In this document: piece after piece, positions 52,501-64,000 of the stretch
Layout of the letters: every line of letters begins with the position of its first letter
Position numbering within the stretch: position 1 is the stretch's first letter
Source: Phoronis australis
Lineage: Eukaryota; Animalia; Phoronida
NCBI GenBank assembly: GCA_002633005.1
Contig: NMRA01000242.1
Coordinates: 218,741-282,740 of the forward strand
Direction: 5' to 3'
DNA length: 64,000 nucleotides
Made by a program: the position numbers and the translations under genes
The notes under the pieces: generated by a model
What the model was told of the DNA's origin: nothing
The model's input: only the letters and a program-made list of their open reading frames with translations
Database searches by the model: none

Positions 52501-55500
52501 AAACTGTTGAAACTAGCAATGTGTACAGATGACTCACTGATAGATGAATTATTACTGGTAGTTACATTGTGTATGTGCACATGGGGTTTCTGCTATGTAA
52601 TAAATAGTTAAAAGTGATTGTTTTCCATTTGTTGGTGTTTGGCTTAGTGACCATTTGTCCTGTTCAAAGCATCTAAACTTTTTATCTTTTCCACGGTTAC
52701 AGCTTTTATTTAATTGTTGCTGTTCATACCCGGAGTTACAATAATTGTTGCTGTTCATACCCGGAGTTACAATAATTGTTGCTGTTCATACCCGGAGTTA
52801 CAATAATTGTTGCTGTTCATCCCCAGAGTTACAATAATTGTTGCTGCTCATACCCGGAGTAACAATAATTGTTGCTGTCCATACCCGGGGTTACAATAAT
52901 TGTTGCTGTTCATACCCGGAGTTACAATAATTGCTGCTGTACATACCCAGAGTTACAGTAATTGTTAAAAACTCTGATGTTCCTCGTTTGAGTTCCTAGA
53001 GGTCAGTTCCATTAAATTTCTTTAATAAACATTGAAATCCACTAAGTTATGTTAGTATGATAGTGGTTCTGACGAAGGGTTATAATTGAACTGATTGCCA
53101 CACTGGGTTATAACTTTTATAACTACTTACTAAACATGCTTCATAGAGAGTTATGTTATATGACCATGCTAGAGTTACAACTCTTACAACAATCAAGAGT
53201 TATAACCAATTTTAAAAGTTGTAAACCGCCTGGTTGCGAACTGTTCACTGTTCTTGTTTCACTAGAGAGCCTGTCTTTTTTTCAGTAACCTTAACCATGA
53301 CAAGCAATACAACACAGCAGTGAGTATATGACTTTATGACTTTATGTATTATTTAACATGTCACTAGCATTGACTAAGGTCATCACTCTATGATGGATAT
53401 TTCTAAAATAGCCCTAGATTGTAGGATGGATAGATCAACAATGCCTGGGTAATGTAAACTCTCTTGAAGTGGGACCTTATAAGTTTGAGTATGGTTTGCT
53501 ACTATGAGGCTAGTTGTTGACCTGTCACCTCTAGTAGAGTCATCACTCTTTCCCTCTGCTCATTTCTCACTGCTGAACTGTTCAACCTTTCAGGGCTTCC
53601 AACTTTCAGTGTTGTAGTAATAAAACTTGGACAGAATTTCACATGTCACATCAGTTGGTGGTTTTTATCATGGTGATAGCTTGGTAGAATTGATTCTCAT
53701 GAACTGATGAAAAGTGTCTAATATTTACACTTGTGCTCATTTTGCTGCTTTTTTTAAGTCACAAATGTTTTAGGGTGGTTGAGTTTAGTTATCCTTCTTA
53801 AACATGAAATCTTGGTTACTCTCTTTATTTCTGCTTCAACTTTTTATCTGTTAATTGAAGGGTTAAGGACCGTCCAGTCAGGGACACCGTAGAGCAAGAA
53901 ATTCGAGACCTGAGCCAGCGATTACAAGCTCTGGAGAGGAAGGAAATGCAAGATAGAGGGTAGGGTTATTTACAATAACATCTTGAGTTAAAAGGAAGGA
54001 CGGAGGGAGGTAAGGACGGAGGAAGAAGTAGACGGGGGAAGGATGGTGATAGGTGTCGTAAGGGAGCGTACAAAGTTTTGGGCTATTAATAAGGTCATCT
54101 TGAAAAGAAGAATAGTAGCTAGGAATATTGACTGTAACATCTGTTGTGGTCTCACCATGATATGCCAACTGATTGCTGTTTACAAGAGAGGTCATGTGTG
54201 ATGAGTAACTCTCACTATGTGACCTGAAAATGGAAATGGGCAGTTTTTGGTGGAATTTCTCAATGGATTTGGTCGCATACTTTTTCAGTGCCGCAAACTA
54301 ATTTGTTTTATGATTTTTATGCACCCACATAATATATAAGTGGGTACGTTATGCCATCATCCCATCCGTCCAGCGTTAGGTAATGTATCTCCAAAACTCC
54401 TTTGTTCATGAAATTTTGCTGACGTTTCTGTCATGAATGAGATGGCATGAGACTACCGGTGTGCCCCTAGTGGCAATTTTAATTGTTAAAGTTTGCGGCT
54501 GTATCTTCTAAACAGATTTTCATGAAATTTTGGCAGATGGTGTCTTTCAGGAAGATGACTCCCACTTTCAAATTTTCAGTAAGATTCAACGTATTGTGAA
54601 CCACTTAGTGGCCTTCGAGTGTTCTTTGCTTTGCACCCCTCTATCATCCAGACGACTGTAAGGATGATTATGAAAACTGGTATATATGATCCTACTGTAA
54701 AGAAGATGGCTGACTATCATTTTCAGATAGCTCCAACTACACTGGCTCCTTTTAGTGGCAGTAACCCTCTGCAGGAGCTTTGTTAAATTTGGCAAGTGTA
54801 TAATAAAACTGGCAAAAGATGACGATGGCTTTTAAATGAATCCGACAACCGCTGTGCCCCCTTGTGGCACTTTTACTTTTTTCCTTTTTCTTTTATCGTT
54901 GGAGTTCTTGGGAGGATTTTTATGGAATGTGGCAAATTGATTTGTATGAAACAGGTGAAGACATCTGTAAGGATGATTATGAAAATTGATGTACATGCTC
55001 CTACTGGGAAGAGGGTGGATGACAATGATTTTTGAAAGATGACGTCTACTATAATTATGGCACTTCTTAGTGGCAGTTTTTTGCATCCTTAGCCCTCTGC
55101 AGGATCTTTGATTAATGACATCTCAAACCTTATTCACAAAAATTGGCCATTTTTGCAATATTTCATATATGTCTATTAAAATACCTTATCTTCATTCTCG
55201 GGGAACTTCAAATACGAAATATGAACCCTGTAGTGCGGAAAAAAAGATAAAAAGTTTTAGCAGAACCACCTTGGAACCGCACAACCACATAGAAATTTGT
55301 TTACTACTTATCCGAGGTCAATGGTTACGGGGCTGTCACTCAAATCGAATCTCCCACCAGCCACAGATGAGATCCGTATGTACACTCAATCCTTTCATTC
55401 ACCAAGTTGCCGTAATGTTGCGTCAAGGACCCCTACATATGATAGAAAGATGCTGGGGAAAACAAAGCCAAAACGCAGTTTTGATTATGAGGGAGGTGTG

Positions 55501-58500
55501 TGTCTGAGCGCATACGACCATTGAGAATGAATGCTACAAGTCGCCTCATACCACTGTGACTTTGTGCTCAGGAACACAGCAAGTTGTGAAAAGAGATAAA
55601 TCCTCACCCAAATTCCTTAATTCGGGTAATTTCAATTGACTTTTTGCTGTTTTGATATGATGCTCACGACGTGCTTTAACCACCGATTTCTGTATCCATA
55701 TCATACTTAGGTTTCATATCAGTCTTCTAGCGCGTGGTGTGTCTAACAATGAACTGTTTACCTACTTTAAAGTGGACCACAATGCACCAGCTTGACCTTG
55801 GCTCCGTCCTTGACCTAGTTGGAATTGATTAAAACGTTTTTGTGATATTTATGTTAATTACGTTCTGCAAATTCAAATAACATTGCAGTGAAAGTTGAAA
55901 TAATGAACACGACTAAGGGGTGTATAGGTTATTTTGACCGAAAACGGTTTTCACCGAATAATTAACCGAAGACCTTGAGATATTCACCTCTCATGATTTA
56001 ATCGGCCTTTTCTCGGCTTCGGCAAATCAACTTAATTTGAACTTAGGAACACGAGTTTTCGAAAACTACTCGGTGGATTTCACTGAAATTTTCCAAACTT
56101 TATATTTATTCATCAGTCTCAAAAATGCTGTTAGAGTTTTCGATATAAAAGCCTAGTTTTTGTGTAATGTAACAAAGATGAATGCCACTGTTATGTTTTA
56201 CAAAAATACCTTACATATTACGAGTTGTTTTGTCATATAAACCAAATGAAATGACGAATCGAAAATTCCTGACAGCTTTTTTGAAATAACTGGTATAAGT
56301 TTTCATTTAAAAAAATATTTCATGAAAATTAACCAAGGGGTTATTTTGCTATGAATTTGCCTTTCTTAAAAACGAAATTTTGACTTAAAAAGGTATTAAC
56401 GTAATAATAATAATGGTACATAAATATCAAATATTTTATATTTCCTGACCTTTTTTCTTTCAGAAAATATAAACTTTTACTAGTTGACAAAGCCTAGTTT
56501 TTTGACATTCAAGTTAGAATGGAGGCCACTGAATAAGGTTTGATATAACCTTAATTTGGCAAGTGTATTTGTACGAAAGTAGCTACGAGTAACGACAACA
56601 TTTGGACACACCTGTCCGTTGCTGTGCCCCCTAGTGGCAATTTTATTTTTTTCTATTTTCCCGTTATCTTATGAGTTCAAAATTTAATGGGATTTGGAAG
56701 GTTGGTTTCTATTGAAGAGGTAATGACACCCTCTCATTTTCTGAAGAAGGCGACATAGTTTACACCTCCTAGTGGCTGTATTTATTATTTTTTAGTTTGT
56801 TTTTGTTATCCATCTCTCTATTGGCCAAACCACTGTAACGGTTGTTATGACATTTGATAAATGTATTCCTACTGGGAAGAGCTTAGCTTGATGTTGATTT
56901 TTGGACTGTTTGGACTACTGTGGTACCCCTAGAGGCAGTTTGCGTTTTTGCATTCACAGCTATTTCTCTGAAACCCCTGCTGGATCTTTGTGAAATTCGG
57001 AAAATGTATTTTTATGAACGTGACAGCTGATGATGACAACGGAGTTTTAATTTTTTACGATCTTGGCAGGTGTGTTCCTATTGAGGAGTTCACTACTGAC
57101 TTGCTACGCACCGCCTGGAAGCTATTTTAAATTTAGGAACATCACTACCTTTAATGGGAATGTTTAAAACAGCAATCGTGTATCTGCCCTATATGTTGTA
57201 CACGTGATAGGTGCATATCAACGCTCGCTCTGCGTTGTTCTTGCTTTATTAGTGGTATGTGCTTTCTTTGTTTCGGATTTTTAATGTTTCCAAGATTCAA
57301 TACAAATGGATTAAAAGCAATTTGTAATACAAGAAATGAATAAACTAGCTGCCTGTTTATTATCCTCATTAGTTAAGTGAGTCCACTTTACTTAGCATTA
57401 CTGCTTATATTCTGGTTAAAAATTCTTATTGCCATAACCATAACTGATCTAAATCAAAATTTACTTTATGATTGAAGGTGGGTTTACAACCGCTTTAAAA
57501 TCAAGTGCTTGATGGGTGTTTGCTTGTCCGTAAGTAAGCAAGTGTTTCTGAATACCAAGTATATCATTGTTTCTTCCCAGGTCTAAAGACCTGAGCAACA
57601 AAGCTGATAACACATTCAAGAAAAGTCAGGCTTTAGGTGCTTCACATGGATCTCAAGAAATCCAAGATTTAAGGGAGCGTGTTGTCAAACTAGAGAGGAG
57701 GTAGGTATCGTGTACTCTGAACATGGCTGCCTGTTGAAATAGTCCTGAGTCACTGCAAGAGATGGCACTATAAGTATATAGTGATTTTATCCCCAAGCCA
57801 AGGGGAAATACTTAATAGTAGCCCTCATTCCGTCCATGTCATCCATGTGTTCATGCAGAGAATAATGCTTTTTTGTGCTTATCTCCTACATTTCTCGCGA
57901 TTTTGGAAAAAACAAAAATATGCTCATGTGGTGCGTTAGCGCAAATCAATCACAACTGACGATTGGGCCATATTTGCTGAATTTTGAAGTGTCATAGAGA
58001 GCATGTGGTCTTTTGCACTTCAGATTTAGAATGGTGGACTAAAATACTTTCTCGACCACAAGAATCTTAGACCAAATGGGAAAGGTTATTTAGACAGGTG
58101 TAAATTTAGCACGTTGCTAATGTTAATATGCTCGAATAAACCAGACTAACTACTGGACCAAAGTTACTTAGATCACATAAGAACAATACGAAAGATTTAG
58201 TCCGTATAATTTTTCCAGGGCTTGGAATTTTCCGCGGAAACGCGGATTTCTGCTTTTTATGCGCCCACATATTTATATGTGGACGCATTATGCCGTCATC
58301 TCTGTCCGTCCGTCCGTCCGTCCGTCCGTCCGTCCGGCGTCCGGCGTCTGGCGTCCGGCGTCCGCTGCTCTATCTCCAAAACCCTTTGACATACGTTCAT
58401 GAAATTTGGTACATATGTTCCATTCATGAAAGGGACGGCATGTGCGAACTTTCGGACGGATCCGACTACCGGTGTGCCCCCTAGTGGCAATTTTAGTTTT

Positions 58501-61500
58501 TTACGCTTACCTTTGTATCTTCAAAAGTCCTGAACGGATTTTCATGAAATTTGGTATGTAGGCACCTAGTAGTGAGATGACGCTATCCTGNNNNNNNNNN
58601 NNNNNNNNNNNNNNNNNNNNNNNNNNNNNNNNNNNNNNNNNNNNNNNNNNNNNNNNNNNNNNNNNNNNNNNNNNNNNNNNNNNNNNNNNNNNNNNNNNNN
58701 NNNNNNNNNNNNNNNNNNNNNNNNNNNNNNNNNNNNNNNNNNNNNNNNNNNNNNNNNNNNNNNNNNNNNNNNNNNNNNNNNNNNNNNNNNNNNNNNNNNN
58801 NNNNNNNNNNNNNNNNNNNNNNNNNNNNNNNNNNNNNNNNNNNNNNNNNNNNNNNNNNNNNNNNNNNNNNNNNNNNNNNNNNNNNNNNNNNNNNNNNNNN
58901 NNNNNNNNNNNNNNNNNNNNNNNNNNNNNNNNNNNNNNNNNNNNNNNNNNNNNNNNNNNNNNNNNNNNNNNNNNNNNNNNNNNNNNNNNNNNNNNNNNNN
59001 NNNNNNNNNNNNNNNNNNNNNNNNNNNNNNNNNNNNNNNNNNNNNNNNNNNNNNNNNNNNNNNNNNNNNNNNNNNNNNNNNNNNNNNNNNNNNNNNNNNN
59101 NNNNNNNNNNNNNNNNNNNNNNNNNNNNNNNNNNNNNNNNNNNNNNNNNNNNNNNNNNNNNNNNNNNNNNNNNNNNNNNNNNNNNNNNNNNNNNNNNNNN
59201 NNNNNNNNNNNNNNNNNAGTGGTAGCTAGTTACCAGATGAAACAGAGGTTCTCACCAGCATTTGTATGTAGTCGTTGATTCAATGGTGTTCTTGTTGAAT
59301 GGAAAGGATCACTACAACGTAGCGACATCTGGTGTTTAGTACGGTGAAGCTTTAAAGTTAGGACAGTGAAATGTGAGTCCAGTCAAGTGAGAAAGATGAC
59401 TGTAGCTTTTCAGTCCGATCTAAAATATGTTCTGACCACAAACTTGTCTGGATTAACAGTAATGCGAAGGCAGCTTTTGTTCACTAACAGGGTGTGATTG
59501 ACATACTGTCTTATTCTTCATTGTCACGCTTGCATTGTAGTTGAAGTGTCCTATAGAACCTTCCGTGTGGTATTTGCTGTCTGTGACTGCCTTGTTAGCC
59601 TAAAGATCTTTTTTTGCATAGTCCCCTCTACTTTTCACGTACTTTTCTGTAAACATTTTAATATTGATTTGAACAATAATTAAAACTTTATGGTCTTTGG
59701 TATGTAAAAAATGACTCCGTATTTTTTCAAAGAAGTGATCTAAAAGCGATCTTTTTCATTTTGCGAGTATAAGTTATGGACATATATTCAAAGCAGTTGT
59801 ATTGTACAGCTGAATAACACTAGAAGTTAGTGGACCGGTTTCAGACAAATAAGCAAAACAGGGACAGGTTTGCTGAAAACATGAACAGAAATAAATGCCA
59901 AGCAGCACAGTTGTTCGGATAACTTACTAGGCAAATTTTTTTCAAAGTACCGTTTTCTGCATTAAAGTGCAAAATCTGTTACTGAAGAAACTGTGTCTTG
60001 CATGTTCACGATCTATGGCAGTAATCAGTCTCATTTGTTCCACAACAGATACTTTACCATGCTCACAGTCTGTCCTATAGCTCCCCCTCTGTCTGTATGA
60101 AAAATGGTGGGTGTTCACTACAGAGGTAGCAAGCCTTGAGAAGTGAAAACATGGCTATTATGGCAAATATTAGTGTTCGAAATTGGTGAGATCTTAAAGT
60201 ACTCATACTTCAACTGATGCCAGTGTGTTATCTGGATTTTAACCTATATTTTGTATGTGGGCTTGTCGTTCATTTTGTTGTGTTGTTGCACACATGTTAA
60301 CCTCACCACCAATACAGCGAGTAAGTAGTGTGTGTGTGTGTGTGCGTGGAATCGCTGTTTTCTCTGACTTTGTTTCTGCTTGCTTTCGCTAGCTTGCATT
60401 TCCTGTTTGAATCCACATGGTCTATTGGGAAACAATGGCAATGCTTTGTAGCAATGATGTTATATGCAGCATTGTGTTTTTATGTGTTGTGAATGGCCCC
60501 CGATGTCGACCTGATGGATAGATGCTTAGTTGTTGTGTTTTGAAGTTCTAGTATTGAAACCGAAAACCCAGAAGTGGCAAAAAAGGAGAGTTAAATAGAT
60601 TAAAAATACATTCGAATTTATTATTGTTGTCATAAATTACAAGCAGTGATGACGGAAAAGAATTTATAGAAAACTGTTGAACAACTCGTAGACTTTTCAT
60701 AAAAACGAGGGGACTTACTCATTGTGAGTGAGTGCTTGAGGCTGGAGAGGGTTTTAGACCCCAGACAGCCTGCGAAAACTACAGGCGCACGACTTTTATA
60801 GACCAAAAAATGCACATGAGGACTAGTCTAAAACATGGGTGACATAATGGAACACCCCTACTAGTAGAGTCAACTAAGAAAGTGGCTGGAAACTGTAACT
60901 ATATAATTCACAAACGGAGGGCGAACCCGTCACAGCTTCTAGATGATGAGAGACAATTTCATGGTGTCTTCTTATTATTCACCATTGCTTAATAGCATTC
61001 TTCCAACCCATGTATTTACTGTTAAAACATTCCTTCAATGGACTTTGCACTTTTTGAGGTTTTAGACCACGTATAATAATTTTTTAAGATGAAATCTAAC
61101 TAAACGAGCTCTTATTTTAAGAAATAATTGAGGAATTTTGAGTTTTAACGAAAAATTCACGATTTTTTTTGTTTCCCGGCATGTTATATCATCAGTAGAA
61201 GACGTTGATCAGTTGACAGTATATATGCAGTGATGGATAGTAGTGACCAGTTGACAGTATATATGCAGTGATTGATAGTAGTGACCAGTTGACAGTATAT
61301 ATGCAGTGATTGATAGTAGTGACCAGTTGACAGTGTATATGCAGTGATTGATAGTAGTGACCAGTTGACAGTATATATGCAGTGATGGACAGTAGTGACC
61401 AGTTGACAGTATATATGCAGTGATGGACAGTAGTGACCAGTTGACAGTATATATGCATTGATGGATAGTAGTGACCAGTTGACAGTACATATGCAGTGAT

Positions 61501-63615
61501 GGATAGTAGTGACCAGTTGACAGTATATATGCAGTGATGGATAGTAGTGATTTTGTGAAGACTTAGAGAGCGAGCTTGACGAGTATTGTGAAAACAAGGT
61601 ATGGAGATGTAGGTGAAGACGACACTCAAGCCTTAGGTGAAACAGCTAATGACTTTGCCATATCGGCAGACTTTGGGTGTTTGAGACCGTACAAACTCGA
61701 CCTTCCTGCACCCATATCTTTGGCAAGTGAAGCCAAATCGGAGCCTACTCAGTTTGCAGCCAGTCCTGATTTCAGAGTGGTAATTAAAGCCTTTTATTGA
61801 ATCATAATTTAATTGTCTAACCACTTTAGTGTCGAATATATGTCTCCAACTATACGTCTTATCAAAGTTTTTAATTTGACTGTCAAAGCCCAGTCACGAA
61901 TAGCGGTCACTGATTTCATTTTTTCGAATGCTAGGTGCGTTTGTCAGGAATCATTATATCTGATTATAGTGCACGATGTTAACTGGATTTCTGGTAAATG
62001 ATAGTCGTTTCTGTCTTATCTGTTCCAAAACTGTGAGTTAGAAACCTTTTTATTGCTGTGATTATTTCTGTCCAGTATCCGACTCCAGCCTCTGTGGTGA
62101 CTTCGGTCTTGACCTTAAACTGTTTGCCTGGCATCTACATTCCATTTTCTACTATTGGGTATTGACGTATAAAGTCTTGAACTAGAAAAGACTGATGGAA
62201 ACTTAACTGCTATCACATTCATTATCTCAGTCACATTTTGATGCTGATGCTCATACTCAATAGGTAATGCCTGACAACTACATTCCCAGCAGGGGGACAA
62301 CACGGTGCACTTTTTCTCCATCAAATGCACTTGTAAGTCAGAGAAACCTTCATCCAATCCTTGTTTTTGCATCAGACCGAATCACGATTCTTCAAAATGG
62401 GCTGAGCATGGTGACCGCTGAACTGATCGCTTGCTCCACGGTGTATTGGCATACCCGTATCTGACGCATGAACCTGTGCCATTTCCAGGCAGTTTTTGGG
62501 TCTTTTGGAAGGGCAAAACTAAAGTATTATCTGTTGGATTGCTGTTACTGCATCCTCGGTTCATACAACTTTTCATTATATTTAGTCAAACTCAATTTTT
62601 GAAACCACCGTGGCTTGCGGCTCGTTTAGAACAACACAGTGACGAAGATCAGACTTCTACTGATGATAACCAAATTCAAGCATTTGTGATCACGGTGTGA
62701 AAGGTTTAAAACTATTGTAGTTATGCCAATAGTGCCTACTTAGGTATTGCATATTGCTTAATAACCTATTGCTAGTTTCCCACCTGAGCTGTAGAAGTGG
62801 TTCAAGATGTCCTCTTATGTAAGCTTGCATCTGGGCTGCGTTCCATAGGCCTTAGAAATTAGCCATGAACTTGCGGCGAACTTGGTTTATTGAATGGAAG
62901 CAGTCAATTATATTCCATAATTTAAGAATCCTTTCCCATAATTCAACATTCTAACTTCACCGACCAATCACTTCAGTGTCCACGGTTTTGTTAGGTTACG
63001 CTAGGAAGGTTTCAAGCGTATTTGCAAAGCACTCGGGTTTTGCGTGATCTTGTGTGATCTCGTTTTTCTTGCAAGTAACTTCGCCTATGGAACGCTTCCC
63101 AGGTGCTTTGCCCTCTCAATTGGAGGTCTAACTGTATCCTCTGTGTAGTGACACTCTGGCATAGTAACCTTAATGGACATGGGACAAACCCTATCATGCT
63201 GCTTTTCTTGCAAAAGGCAAGTTACAAGGCACGGTATAAGTTACTGGTGTGTATTTATATATATCATATTTAAAATTACTATATTCTGATTTGACACATT
63301 CTGCTTTTATCCTGTTCAGTTGATGTTGTGTGTTTTTCAGCAACAAGTGGTGACACCTATGTGTTTTTCACATGGTTACCATGCATTTGTGTTTTGGTTC
63401 AGCTGCTATACGTTAACTATGTGTGCCAACAAGTATCTGCAAAGTTCTGTGTAACCGTTTACTGTTACTGAATGTTTTGTTACCAAGATGTCAAAACCTC
63501 AGAGAATTTCTATTTTCCATTATCACAGGACTGGTGAAGTTGATATTTCTTTTTCAGGATAAAAACGTACCCAGAAGTTCGGTTTAGAAATTACAAAGAA
63601 AGGCTAAGAATATTG
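43534..63615 (+). CDS. UXS1: UDP-glucuronic acid decarboxylase 1 (UDP-xylose synthase), 5' part; exons 43534-43615, 53286-53319, 57581-57700, 63558-63615; continues beyond the right edge
   Basis: Spliced product MVDAHKFAVSKRMKLLAFIVTTVLLVIVTLTMTSNTTQQSKDLSNK...QEIQDLRERVVKLERRIKTYPEVRFRNYKERLRIL: type II anchor (RMKLL), coiled stem and YPxV.F....R.RIL motif that precedes the TGGAGFVGSHL Rossmann motif in UXS1; phases 1/2/2/0 consistent. The catalytic domain lies outside the window. Confidence 0.85.
43785..44227. mobile_element. Solo LTR (Gypsy-like), TG...CA ends, 4-bp TSD atac
   Basis: atac|tgttgtgtg ... ttcactaca|atac; removing it restores the host sequence seen at 46515-46560. Confidence 0.75.
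44332..44483. mobile_element. 152-bp hAT-like MITE
   Basis: Perfect 14-bp TIR cagtgctgtagtgg/ccactacagcactg; imperfect 8-bp TSD cctaggaa/cttaggag. Confidence 0.75.
44751..46374. mobile_element. Kolobok-like element with TTAA duplication, carrying a THAP-domain remnant
   Basis: TTAA|aggaggatgccaccc ... gggtggcattctccg|TTAA; host repeat rejoins as ggaagaattaa-atacatc. Confidence 0.8.
44917..45192 (+). pseudogene. THAP zinc-finger domain remnant of a transposon protein
   Basis: GISFFRLPREPEMLRKWLAVVK...LRVCGRHFVDSDF; the N-terminal Cys segment (RCIAVH) is in another frame. Confidence 0.85.
52711..52966. repeat. Minisatellite, 31-bp unit x8
   Basis: aattgttgctgttcatacccggagttacaat repeated. 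Confidence 0.92.
54314..57247 (+). mobile_element. Helentron-associated/DINE-1-like element with internal satellite-like units, interrupted by a TTAA element
   Basis: 5' tttttatgcacccac..gtgggtac hairpin then gtcc remnants; recurring gtgcccctagtggca units; 3' ggtgcata (inverse of tatgcacc) + hairpin caacgc..gcgttg + ttcttgcttt. Confidence 0.7.
55116..56550. mobile_element. Second TTAA-targeting (Kolobok-like) element nested in the DINE-like element
   Basis: TTAA|tgacatctcaaaccttattca ... tgaataaggtttgatataacc|TTAA; host unit rejoins to match 54765-54800. Confidence 0.78.
58216..58253 (-). mobile_element. Terminus of hAT-like MITE family A (reverse orientation), interrupted by a DINE-like element
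   Basis: cagggcttggaattttccgcggaaacgcggatttc is the reverse complement of 13918-13952. Confidence 0.75.
58254..58590 (+). mobile_element. Younger DINE-1/Helentron-like copy (5' hairpin + GTCC microsatellite) running into an assembly gap
   Basis: tttttatgcgcccacatatttatatgtggacgc, then (gtcc)n, then the unit with gtgtgccccctagtggca. Confidence 0.8.
58591..59217. other. Assembly gap (N run)
   Basis: Run of N. Confidence 1.
61210..61549. repeat. Minisatellite, 38-bp unit x9
   Basis: cagttgacagtatatatgcagtgatggatagtagtgac repeated. Confidence 0.95.
62382..62576 (-). pseudogene. Degenerate THAP domain (transposon relic)
   Basis: MKSCMNRGCSN (CxxxxC) and PCSAHFEES (CxxHF) in one frame; SFALPKDPKTAWKWHRF in a shifted frame between them. 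Confidence 0.75.
62832..63102. mobile_element. Harbinger-like MITE
   Basis: tgggctgcgttccataggc vs reverse complement of gcctatggaacgcttccca. Confidence 0.55.
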
Positions 63616-63727
63616 GTAAGTGACCACTTTATACTACAAGTACTATCTTAGGCTGCATCACAGCGAGTTGGAAAGTTACCAAGCGAGATAGTGTCTGTGT
63701 GTACATTTTTATGCGCCCACATATTTA

Positions 63728-64000
63728 CCGTAATCATTCAGGTTAACGCCCTGGGCGGTTAAATTGGCGAATCCAAAAAATCGGGGGAGGGCGGTTAACC
63801 GAGCAGTGGGCGGTTAAATCAAAAATCCACCTAAAGTAGGGGATGGGCGGTTAACCGAACATGGGCGCTTATTATGACAGACAACCGCCCTGGGCGGTTA
63901 ATCTTACCTGGCGATCTAAATCCCGACACGACAATCATACTCGGAACGCGTAGCCCTTTTCAAAGAGCTTTATCGTCACGTCGCCAAATGACTGTGAAAA
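63728..64000. mobile_element. Left end of a pogo/Tigger-like element inserted at a TA inside a third DINE-like 5' end (63706-63727)
   Basis: TA|ccgtaatcattcaggttaacgccctggg with repeated subterminal gggcggttaa motifs; terminus similar in style to the 1996-3466 element. Confidence 0.65.

Noticed and set aside
58577-59278. 233-aa ORF
   Set aside because: Artefact of the N gap.
61184-61629. Overlapping Cys/His-rich ORFs of 93-145 aa
   Set aside because: Translations of the 38-bp minisatellite.
60630-62372. Possible transposase catalytic domain downstream of the minus-strand THAP relic
   Set aside because: Only stop-riddled fragments with no DDE motif I can confirm, and element ends were not found; needs a frameshift-aware search.

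Overview
Intron-rich, AT-rich animal (invertebrate-like) genomic DNA from a draft, probably heterozygous assembly; not prokaryotic. All alignments and exon boundaries below were read by eye. Four spliced genes: (1) the 5' part of an unidentified minus-strand gene with a PPPY motif, running off the left edge; (2) ASCC1 (+, 6378-12114), head-to-head with gene 1; (3) condensin subunit SMC4 (-, 14156-35895), convergent with ASCC1; (4) the first four coding exons of UXS1 (+, from 43534, running off the right edge). Introns and intergenic DNA hold many non-autonomous mobile elements. These include hAT-like MITEs with 5-, 6-, 7- and about 8-bp target duplications, TTAA-targeting Kolobok-like and piggyBac-like elements, pogo/Tigger-like elements (one carrying a HIRAN-like ORF), Helentron/DINE-like elements, a solo LTR, a tRNA-derived SINE and many minisatellites. 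Two apparent exon-block duplications (ASCC1, SMC4) abut single-N joins and are most likely uncollapsed haplotypes; each exposes a transposon presence/absence polymorphism. I found no clearly new multi-gene system. The best candidates for novelty are the HIRAN-like cargo element and the layered transposon nests in the UXS1 introns.
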